Positions 1 to 7,155 of a stretch of 11,932 nucleotides of DNA are shown in pieces; positions within the stretch are counted from its first letter, which is position 1; each line of letters opens with the position of its first letter. The stretch lies in the NCBI GenBank assembly GCA_004524535.1, contig SDNY01000108.1, positions 1 through 11,932 of the forward strand, written 5' to 3'. The DNA is from Promethearchaeota archaeon. GTDB lineage: Archaea > Asgardarchaeota > Lokiarchaeia > Sigyniarchaeales > SOKP01. Both the position numbers and the translations under genes were made by a program. Under the pieces are notes generated by a model. That model was not told the origin of the DNA. It searched no databases and saw only the letters and a list, made by a program, of their open reading frames with translations.

Positions 1-1
1 A

Positions 2-808
2 GAAATCAAAAGACCAATTAAAGAAATTCGGGAAAGAAAGAAGGATAAATCAACATCTAAAGAATTTTTAAATGAAAAAGGTGAATTAATCGACGAGACA
101 GTACAGCTACATTTGACAGATAATATAATTGGTGAGGAGGAAACAATGAAACTCCCTGATACATATTTGAGAGAAAAATTCGTTGTATCAAAAGATTTTC
201 CGAAGTTACGCTTAATCTCTAGCACAGGACAATTATTTAACAAGACCTATGTTGTTTTAGAAGGATTCGATAAAGAGACCAACGAGCCAGGATTATACAT
301 TTTAGATCAACATGCGGCATCTGAAAGAATAAACAAGGAAAAATTTTTAAGAGCTTACGAGACTTCACAAATAAGCAAACAATCGCTAATATCCCCCCTA
401 AAAATTGAAGTTTCTCCAAGCGAAAAGTTCTTTTTGCAAGAAAATTTAAACGAAATAAAGAAATTAGGTTTTTCTTTAGAACATTTTGGTGGAAATACCT
501 TCATTTTAAGAGATATTCCAGTGATCATGGAAAAACTTCCTGAAACGGCAATAATAAAAGAAATTTTTAGCGATATTGCGGAAATAGGCAAAGATAAAAG
601 CTTTTCGGAAGTGAAAGAAGAAATTATTAATTACCTTGCTTGTCATAAAAGCATAAGGGGGGGCGATTATTTAACCCTTAAAGATATTCGAACTCTTCTT
701 ATTGAATTGTCAAATTGTTCGGATTCTTTTCATTGCGCGCATGGGAGACCAACATTAAGATTTATCTCTTTTAAAGAATTAGATAAATTATTTAAACGGA
801 TTGTTTAA
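2..808 (+). CDS. mutL: DNA mismatch repair protein MutL, C-terminal dimerisation/endonuclease domain (5'-truncated by the window edge)
   Basis: Frame is open from position 2 (EIKRPIKEIRERKK...), so the TTG at 113 is not the true start. Contains GQLFNKTY, DQHAASERINKE (DQHAx2Ex4E metal motif), ACHKSI and CAHGRP, all MutL/PMS2 C-terminal motifs. Confidence 0.95.
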   Translation, partial: EIKRPIKEIRERKKDKSTSKEFLNEKGELIDETVQLHLTDNIIGEEETMKLPDTYLREKFVVSKDFPKLRLISSTGQLFNKTYVVLEGFDKETNEPGLYILDQHAASERINKEKFLRAYETSQISKQSLISPLKIEVSPSEKFFLQENLNEIKKLGFSLEHFGGNTFILRDIPVIMEKLPETAIIKEIFSDIAEIGKDKSFSEVKEEIINYLACHKSIRGGDYLTLKDIRTLLIELSNCSDSFHCAHGRPTLRFISFKELDKLFKRIV

Positions 809-818
809 AAAAAAAGAT

Positions 819-1577
819 TTAAGTCATTGAATCTAATCTAAAAGAATCGTCATGTAGCGAGTCCATAAGACTTAGAACTGTTAATTTCAAGGAAAGCATC
901 TCCATAACTTCAATATGTAATTTTTTGTATAGTTCTGATTCTTTAGGGACATTGTAGATTTCTATGAGATTTTTAAATTCTATGCTTAATCGTTCCCTTA
1001 ATTCATCTTGTTTATCTAAATTGAGTTCTTGAGATTCAATCCATCCGTCGATGGCTCCTTTAATCATGGTCTCTACTTCGCTATCTATCGTATATTCAAC
1101 CTCTACTTGTTGTAATTGTTTACGACTTTCTATGTATTCTTTATCTCGATACATTGGCTTTAATAGCAAACCTAGATTTATTATTAAGGGAGTAAGGCTA
1201 AGTTTTCCTAACGCCCTTGTTAAATAATCAAAAACTTCTTCTCTCTTGTACAATCTTACATAATCAACATATTCTTGGATGAATCCCATGAGAATTGTTC
1301 TTATTAGGATCCTTACAAACTCGTTTAACGAACCTCCTGTAATCTCAATAGTTTTTTGAATATAATCATATGTAGAGTTCATGAACTCCTGAATATCTCT
1401 AAACATAGAGAAAGGTATAAGAAATGCTTTAATTTTTTCTAAGATTGTAATTTTATCTTCGATCGAAATAGATAAAGCATATAAAATCATTTTTAATTTA
1501 AACCTTTCATTAGGAATTGATAAAAATTCCTGTACTATACGCAAATGATATCCCAAGGAACTATATACATCATCCAT
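819..1577 (-). CDS. Hypothetical protein, 252 aa, predicted mostly alpha-helical
   Basis: Long ATG-started ORF with no competing frame, convergent with mutL (10-bp gap). No motif recognised. Confidence 0.8.
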   Translation of the reverse strand: MDDVYSSLGYHLRIVQEFLSIPNERFKLKMILYALSISIEDKITILEKIKAFLIPFSMFRDIQEFMNSTYDYIQKTIEITGGSLNEFVRILIRTILMGFIQEYVDYVRLYKREEVFDYLTRALGKLSLTPLIINLGLLLKPMYRDKEYIESRKQLQQVEVEYTIDSEVETMIKGAIDGWIESQELNLDKQDELRERLSIEFKNLIEIYNVPKESELYKKLHIEVMEMLSLKLTVLSLMDSLHDDSFRLDSMT

Positions 1578-1760
1578 TTTTGTTAATAACCAATTTTAGT
1601 TTAAAAATAAAATAATAAATTATTCTTCTTTTAATCCTTATTATTAGTCGATTTCAGCAGAATAGTAATTGTATTAAAACTAAAATTTCGTCAAGAGCAA
1701 GTAATTCAAGATTATTTTCCCAATACCTAAATATCCAATAAAAATAATGCAAATACGGTA

Positions 1761-1800
1761 TATTTAAATGTTTCTATTTTGTCATAGGACAAAAAGGAAA
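1761..1800 (-). promoter_or_regulatory. Candidate TATA box with adjacent imperfect inverted repeat upstream of the 819..1577 gene
   Basis: Minus strand reads GAAACA-TTTAAATA (TATA at 1761-1768). TTTTGTC-atag-GACAAAA at 1777-1794 extends imperfectly to 1771-1800. AT-rich background limits certainty. Confidence 0.3.
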
Positions 1801-1977
1801 ATCAATCTTATAGCTCTATAGAGAATCTATGCATAAAAATACGACAATAATTAAGTTATATTACTGCAAACTCTAACTTTAATTATAAATTATCAATCTT
1901 CTTAACTGCTTTTTATTAATCTCAATTATAATTTTAAAGAGACTAACATTAAAATTATAAATGTAAGTAGAATTGCC

Positions 1978-2247
1978 TTACGCTTTTGAAAAAGCGATTC
2001 CTTCTATTCCTTGGATACCCTCAACTTGACCAAAGAGTTCTTCTACTTTGTCGGTACCGCCCCATTCCTCAGGATATCGCACCTGAACTCTCGCTTTTTT
2101 CAAGCCGAAGGCCACTGGCATCACATCATATTTAACAATTGCGCAAGTATCAGGTAATACTCCTTTCAACTTACCAACAAATTCCTCAAAATCAAGATCA
2201 ACCTCTTCAGGAACAACATCAATTAATGCGATATATTCTTTTCCCAT
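1978..2247 (-). CDS. ef1b: Archaeal translation elongation factor 1-beta
   Basis: 89 aa with PVAFGLKK and GGTDKVEE motifs; SD-like GAGGT at 2254-2258, 6 nt before the ATG; directly follows the zinc-finger gene, the usual archaeal arrangement. Confidence 0.95.
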   Translation of the reverse strand: MGKEYIALIDVVPEEVDLDFEEFVGKLKGVLPDTCAIVKYDVMPVAFGLKKARVQVRYPEEWGGTDKVEELFGQVEGIQGIEGIAFSKA

Positions 2248-2267
2248 AATCTAACCTCATACTGATA

Positions 2268-2441
2268 TTAGGGGCCCTCAAAATCGCATTTAAGACATCT
2301 ATATGTCTTTCCCATCGCTCTACATCTTTCGCATCGCCATATTGTTACATCTCCACATTGAGGACACGGAAAATGGACGGCAGCTTCGTAAGGTGCGATA
2401 GCTCGACCACAACAGAAGCACGTATTTTTTTTTAAAGACAT
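2268..2441 (-). CDS. Small zinc-finger protein of the HVO_2753/DUF1610 (COG2888) type, 57 aa
   Basis: Not in the ORF track (<60 aa). Manual translation: MSLKKNTCFCCGRAIAPYEAAVHFPCPQCGDVTIWRCERCRAMGKTYRCLKCDFEGP*. Four CxxC motifs, FPCPxCG, C-terminal FEGP, immediately upstream of EF-1beta. Confidence 0.93.
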   Translation of the reverse strand: MSLKKNTCFCCGRAIAPYEAAVHFPCPQCGDVTIWRCERCRAMGKTYRCLKCDFEGP

Positions 2442-2674
2442 ATAGAACCGATATAATAATTTATAAATAGTTAATCTTGAAAAATAAAATCAAAGATAAC
2501 TTTAATTATTTTTTATTTTTGATCACTTTTTCTTTCAAAATAGATGTTTTAGGAGTAAGGAAATTAAACTTTAAATTGTTTAACAACATAATTTATTTAT
2601 TGAATTTAATTTTGATATTTTAATCTAAATTTTAATTTATTTTTAAAATAAATTTTGAAAAAGGTGAATGAACA

Positions 2675-3220
2675 ATTCCAGAAAATAAGGTAAAAAAATA
2701 CTTCTCTTTAATTGAGTGTTGGGCTTGGTGCGATATTTGTCAGGATATGGTTGCTTTGAGTATTGATAAAAAGGAAATTTATAATGGTCTTGAAATGGGC
2801 ATATATACCAAGGAATATAAACATTCAAATAAATATCCAGATCCAGAAGATCCAGAAGATAATTCTGGAGAAGAGCACAAAATTTACGTTTATATCAATG
2901 ATAAATACGATGTAACAGGTGTTAAAGCTTTTTTTGGAGATTCGCCTAGTATGGAAGAAATGGAAGCAGCAGCAACAACCACAGGAGAAGTTAGAATCCC
3001 TATAGTTGTAAAAGAAATCCCACCAATGAGCGTTCATTTAGGAATGATGACACAAGATGAATTTAAAGTGCTTAAAATATGTGATGGTATGAATACGATC
3101 GAACAGGTGGCAGAAATTGCTGGAAAAACTGTAGATGATATAGAAAAAATGATGGAAAAATTAAAAAAGAAAGGATTAGTTGATATAATAAAAAGGGCAT
3201 CCTCAAAAAAGGGATTTTAG
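2675..3220 (+). CDS. Hypothetical protein with N-terminal CxxC...H...H putative metal site and C-terminal winged helix; probable ATT start at 2675 (first in-frame ATG at 2747)
   Basis: Frame is open from 2672 (TGA at 2669-2671) and reads IPENKVKKYFSLIECWAWCDICQD-MVALS; SD-like AGGTGA at 2662-2667 lies 7 nt before ATT. C-terminus EFKVLKICDGMNTIEQVAEIAG...MEKLKKKGLV has a wHTH pattern. Gene is well supported; the start is inferred. Confidence 0.75.
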   Translation: MPENKVKKYFSLIECWAWCDICQDMVALSIDKKEIYNGLEMGIYTKEYKHSNKYPDPEDPEDNSGEEHKIYVYINDKYDVTGVKAFFGDSPSMEEMEAAATTTGEVRIPIVVKEIPPMSVHLGMMTQDEFKVLKICDGMNTIEQVAEIAGKTVDDIEKMMEKLKKKGLVDIIKRASSKKGF

Positions 3221-3236
3221 ATATAAACAGAAGGGC

Positions 3237-3262
3237 ATGATAAACCTATCATATCTTTTTCT
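3237..3262 (+). terminator. Candidate terminator of the 2675..3220 gene
   Basis: ATGATA-aacc-TATCAT hairpin (3237-3252) followed by a T-rich run. Confidence 0.35.
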
Positions 3263-3330
3263 TAAATCTTAATTTTTAAAGTTCTACTAATTTCCGATAC
3301 TATTTTTTGTATATATTTATTTTTGCATTA

Positions 3331-3364
3331 TAAAAAAGAATTGATTAAGACGAGTGGGTCTTAA
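3331..3364 (-). terminator. Candidate terminator of iorAB
   Basis: TTAAGAC-N6-GTCTTAA inverted repeat (3345-3364) followed on the minus strand by TCAATTCTTTTTT. Confidence 0.4.
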
Positions 3365-3400
3365 GTAAATGCTGCTTAATAATTGAATACTACTCTTTTT

Positions 3401-4082
3401 TTACTTTTTCTTTATAATCTTAACACCTTCTTCTAATCCAATTTGCAACGCCTGAATATTATCATCAGGATCTCTAAGCCATTCCTTTATTACTTCCTCA
3501 TAATGTTCAATCTCAATAAACGGAATTTTTCCTGTAGCAATTGCAAAGCCTAACATGATTATATTAACTTGCTGATTACTGTTAAATTTTTCAAGCGATA
3601 ATTCAGTTGCATTCATAAAAAAGATCTCATCTGAATACCCCTTTAAGATCTCTTTGATTTTCTCCAAGGATGGATATTCTTCCAAATCAGCCGTAATTAA
3701 AATTGGCGGAATTGTGCGCGTGTTAATGACGAATGTCGTTTTATTTGAAGCAAAAATCCCTCGTCTTAACGCTTCTACAGGTTCAAAACATATATATAAA
3801 TCAGCATCACCATAACAGATCAATGGAGATTGAAGATTTTTACGGTCATCTTCAAAAATTTCCTTTTGATATCTACTATGACTTGAAATTGCTCCTTCTC
3901 GCTGAGCGAGCCCATGCATTAAATGTATATGCTTGAGTTAAGCTTTATATTTCACTTCCAAAAGCTCGCTTTATTCCAGCTTTTTGAGCAGCAAATTCTA
4001 TTAATCTTTTCAAGGTAATGACGCCTTGTCCAGCAGTTCCGGCTATAACAATATTTACTATATCTGTTTCCTTAAATTTCAC
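3401..4082 (-). CDS. iorB: Indolepyruvate:ferredoxin oxidoreductase beta subunit, split gene: exon 1 4082..3951 (44 codons), exon 2 3919..3401; 216 aa if spliced
   Basis: GTG at 4082 with SD GGAGGT (4091-4096) 8 nt upstream, overlapping the iorA stop. Exon 1 = MKFKETDIVNIVIAGTAGQGVITLKRLIEFAAQKAGIKRAFGSE (GxxGQG motif). Exon 2 = MHGLAQREGAISSHSR...SPLI..GDAD...EPVEALR...N.IMLG. Joined they give the family motif SE-x-HG-x-AQR. Confidence 0.92.
3920..3950 (-). other. Candidate 31-nt bulge-helix-bulge (BHB) intron in iorB mRNA
   Basis: Sequence AUAUAAAGCUUAACUCAAGCAUAUACAUUUA. Central 4-bp helix AGUG (3956-3953)/CAUU (3925-3922); 3-nt bulges AAA (3952-3950) and UAA (3921-3919); flanking intron and exon helices. 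Cutting after the second nucleotide of each bulge removes exactly 3950..3920 and restores the frame. Confidence 0.85.
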
Positions 4083-6042
4083 GGAATGATACCTCCTTTT
4101 CTAAAGCATTGAAGATGGATTTATGTATCGCGGCATTGGGACATATTTTGAAGCATACGCCACATTTTATGCATCTATCCTCGTCAATTTGCATGGTTTC
4201 TCTTTCGTTGATTACGGTCCGGCGTATTGCCGGGCAACTAAGAATTCTTGCACACTCATAGCACATTTGACAATTATAGATTTGATAGACTTCCTCTTTT
4301 ATTTTTTCTCCTTTCACTTCGAGTTCTTTAACCTGTTTCATACGCCATCGATGAGCTTGAAGAGCACATTCCCTTTTAATGATAATTACTTTTAAGCCTT
4401 TAATTTTTAGACCTTCTTCAATAGTTCGCGTAAGTTTCTTAGGATTATACGAATCCTCGACTCGAAGCCATGGTACACCTATTGCTTTACAAATTGTTTC
4501 TATTGAAAATCCTTTATTAATTAGAAATCTAAGCACGTCGTCTTGATGACCAGTCATCGCTGTCCATGAATTTTCAAAGATAATTAGGAGTACATTTGAA
4601 TTATATCCAACAGCTTCTGCTAACGGTGGCATACCTGTGTGAAAAAATGTGGAATCTCCTATCAATGCTATAATTTGTTGATCAGTTTTAGTGGACATAC
4701 CAATAGCCGCACTTATCCCTCCGGACATGCAAATGATTAAATCACTACATTCTTGAGGTGGGAAAAACGACATAACATAACATCCAATATCTCCACAAAT
4801 TACAGTATTTTCTAAACTATTTGTTGCTTTTAATATAGAGTAGAGTGTAGCTCGTTCAGGACAACCAGCACAAAAAGTAGGAAATCTGCTAGGAACCATC
4901 TCTTTATATGAATTGAAATAATCGATTGCTTTTATCATCTGATCATTTGGTGTTTTATTAAAGATCTTTGCTAAACAAGTGGCAACTAATCCAGTAGAAA
5001 ATTCATTATATTTAGGGAAAAATTTCTCTCCAATTATTTCTACATTAATTCTTTGATTCTGAGCAATTTCAGCAATTTTTATTTCTAAAAAAGGTTCTAA
5101 TTCTTCGATAATAATTACTTTTTCAAGGTTTTGCATGAAATTGGTGATTTCTTTGTAGTTTAGTGGGTAAATCATTCCAAGTTTTAGCACCGGCACATCG
5201 CTTAATCCTAATTGTTCAAGAGCTTCCATTGTATAACCAAAAGGCATACCGCTGGTTATTATTCCTATTTTATTGTCCCCTGAGAAAACTTTATTTAATC
5301 CTAATTCCGGAATAGCTGCCCTTAATTTCTCAATTCGCTCATATAACCTAATATGATTATTTATGGCATGAGGAGGCAATGAATTGAATTTTGGAATATT
5401 TCTGATAAATTCTCCTTTTCCCTTACCCTTTTTTAGTGGTTCTAACTCCACAAATCCTCTAGAATGAGCACTTCTAGTTGACATTCGAAAATCAAAAACC
5501 AAATCGTATTTTTCTGAAAGGTCAAAAGCGATTTTAATCCAATCCTTACACTCTTGAGGAGTATGTGGCTCAATAGTAGGAAGGTGAAGCATCCATGCAT
5601 AAAAACGCTCATTTTGTTCTTGATGAGATCCTAACGATCCTGGATCAGAACCGATCGAGACGACCATTCCTCCGGGATTGGGTCCATTTAACGCAATTAC
5701 ACTTAAAGCATCACTAGCTACATTTAATCCCACATGTTTCATTGGATTTAAAGATCTACATCCAGTCCAAGCAGCTCCTGCACATGCTGAAGTTGCTACT
5801 GCTTCATTTACCGCCCAATGATGGACCAAATATTCTTTAAATTCTGGATTTTCTCTTAAGACTTGATGGAAATACTCTCCTATATCACTGGTGGGTGTAC
5901 CAGGATATTGCGAAACATAGGATACGCCCGCCTCGAGACAACCTCTTACAAGGGCCTCGTTTCCAAGCATTAATACTTTTCCTTGCTCATCGAGAAAGCG
6001 AGTATCTTTTCTTGGCAATTTAATCCTCTTCAATAATTCCAA
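4072..6042 (-). CDS. iorA: Indolepyruvate:ferredoxin oxidoreductase alpha subunit (TPP-binding, C-terminal 2x[4Fe-4S])
   Basis: LGNEALVRG, YPGTPTSDI, NEAVA, MKHVGLNVASD, DPGSLGSHQEQ, FCAGCP, GDIGCY, IGDSTFFHTG...N..TAMTGHQ and two ferredoxin Cys clusters. The true start may be the TTG at 6018 (GAGG at 6025-6028, 6 nt upstream). Confidence 0.95.
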   Translation of the reverse strand: MELLKRIKLPRKDTRFLDEQGKVLMLGNEALVRGCLEAGVSYVSQYPGTPTSDIGEYFHQVLRENPEFKEYLVHHWAVNEAVATSACAGAAWTGCRSLNPMKHVGLNVASDALSVIALNGPNPGGMVVSIGSDPGSLGSHQEQNERFYAWMLHLPTIEPHTPQECKDWIKIAFDLSEKYDLVFDFRMSTRSAHSRGFVELEPLKKGKGKGEFIRNIPKFNSLPPHAINNHIRLYERIEKLRAAIPELGLNKVFSGDNKIGIITSGMPFGYTMEALEQLGLSDVPVLKLGMIYPLNYKEITNFMQNLEKVIIIEELEPFLEIKIAEIAQNQRINVEIIGEKFFPKYNEFSTGLVATCLAKIFNKTPNDQMIKAIDYFNSYKEMVPSRFPTFCAGCPERATLYSILKATNSLENTVICGDIGCYVMSFFPPQECSDLIICMSGGISAAIGMSTKTDQQIIALIGDSTFFHTGMPPLAEAVGYNSNVLLIIFENSWTAMTGHQDDVLRFLINKGFSIETICKAIGVPWLRVEDSYNPKKLTRTIEEGLKIKGLKVIIIKRECALQAHRWRMKQVKELEVKGEKIKEEVYQIYNCQMCYECARILSCPAIRRTVINERETMQIDEDRCIKCGVCFKICPNAAIHKSIFNALEKEVSFREI

Positions 6043-6159
6043 GTTAATTTATAATTTAAAAGCTAAATTACAAAAAAAATTTATGATTATCTGTTGTAAT
6101 TAGAGATTTCAAAAATTAGTTTTATGGTAAATCAATAAAAAAAGAAATAGATCAATTTA

Positions 6160-7155
6160 AAAATTAAAGAAAAATAAAAAAAACTAAAGAAAGAAAGAAT
6201 AATATTCATTTTATTTAATTTACTTTTAAAATAATTCCTCGCTCTACTATTATGGAAGAGTTAAAATCAAAGGTAAGAAAGAAAGGACTCGATTTAGGGA
6301 TGGATTTAGTTGGGTTTACTGATCTATCTCGTCTTATTAATGCTCCAAAACGATTCCACGCGACGGACTATTTACCAACAGCAAAATCAGTTATCGTTGT
6401 GGGTTGTCACTTTCCCGAAGGAAGCGTGGAAAACTGGGTAAAATCGCCTTCTTCATACCAGTATTATGGATATGCTCTAATAAACAAAGAATTAGGACGT
6501 GCTTGCTTGCATATTTCTAAATTGGTAGAAAAAGAGGGATATAGATGTTTTCCGATAGTTCCAACAGGACACTCAAAAGATTGGGATCATAAAAAGCAAT
6601 TAGGAGAATTTTCCCATAGACATGCTGCTGTTGCCGCAGGTTTAGGTGAATTTGGGTATAATAGACTTGTTATTACACCTCAATTTGGCAATCGGATAAG
6701 ATTTTGTTCTATAATTACCGAGGCACCCTTTGAACCCGATCCTATGTATGATGGACCTGCTTTATGCGACCGATGTAAAAAATGTATACAAGCATGCCCT
6801 GGAAATTGTCTTGATGAAAGTAAGCTTATAGAATGTCAAATCGGTGAAAAAAAGTATGAATATGCCACTCTTTATCATTTTAAATGTTTTTATCACCTCT
6901 TGGGATTAGGACCGAAAACGGGGGCTGGCATTGATATCAAGGGACCTAAGAAAAAAGGAGAACTTTCACAATTTGGATTTTTAAAACGCTATATAAAAGC
7001 TTTTATTCTTCGATTTCAAAAATATCAGTACATTTCCCGCCAACAAAACGCCGTGGATTGGTTCGAATTCTGTGGACGTTGCTTACATGTATGCAATCGA
7101 CCATTAAAATAGCTCAATTTAATAATTAAAGAAAATTAAAGAAAAATAAAAAAAA
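6160..7155. repeat. 24-bp exact A-rich direct repeat flanking the QueG-like gene (6160-6183 and 7132-7155)
   Basis: AAAATTAAAGAAAAATAAAAAAAA at both sites; 6152-6178 also matches 7114-7140 at 25 of 27 positions. Low complexity. Confidence 0.45.
6252..7112 (+). CDS. Epoxyqueuosine reductase (QueG)/reductive dehalogenase-like iron-sulfur protein, probably cobamide-binding
   Basis: GMDLVGF, LPTAKSVIV, SHRHAAVAAGLGEFGYNRLVITPQFGNRIRFCSIIT, CDRCKKCIQACP and C...CGRCLHVC. No TAT signal seen. TTTTAAAA at 6224-6231, about 25 nt before the ATG, and no SD suggest a leaderless transcript. Confidence 0.85.
   Translation: MEELKSKVRKKGLDLGMDLVGFTDLSRLINAPKRFHATDYLPTAKSVIVVGCHFPEGSVENWVKSPSSYQYYGYALINKELGRACLHISKLVEKEGYRCFPIVPTGHSKDWDHKKQLGEFSHRHAAVAAGLGEFGYNRLVITPQFGNRIRFCSIITEAPFEPDPMYDGPALCDRCKKCIQACPGNCLDESKLIECQIGEKKYEYATLYHFKCFYHLLGLGPKTGAGIDIKGPKKKGELSQFGFLKRYIKAFILRFQKYQYISRQQNAVDWFEFCGRCLHVCNRPLK

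Noticed and set aside
237-591. Minus-strand ORFs 237..419 and 355..591
   Set aside because: Antisense shadows of mutL with no motifs.
2668-2688. ATG at 2668 as gene start or uORF (MNNSRK*)
   Set aside because: Out of frame, only six codons and directly abutting the SD-like sequence; no evidence of function.
2837-2860. Short tandem repeat encoding PDPEDPED
   Set aside because: Two 9-bp units in an acidic loop; ordinary coding micro-duplication.
2643-3037. Minus-strand ORFs 2643..2828 and 2825..3037, including a CGCCCC Cys run
   Set aside because: Antisense to the 2675..3220 gene; the Cys run is the complement of GCA/ACA (Ala/Thr) codons.
3401-3919. The 172-aa ORF as the complete iorB gene
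   Set aside because: It lacks the N-terminal GxxGQG region, which is encoded at 4082..3951 in another frame behind a strong SD.
3920-3950. Single-base sequencing error or programmed ribosomal frameshift as the cause of the iorB break
   Set aside because: A 1-nt correction would leave about 10 extra residues inside the conserved SE-x-HG motif, and no slippery heptamer is present. The break is a discrete, structured 31-nt insert.
3932-3955. Spliceosomal-type GT...AG intron in iorB
   Set aside because: Removing the 13-nt GT..AG segment gives an immediate stop; removing the 24-nt one leaves the wrong frame. Both destroy the conserved SE residues.
3733-4395. Plus-strand ORFs 3733..3936 and 4123..4395
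   Set aside because: Antisense shadows of iorB and iorA.
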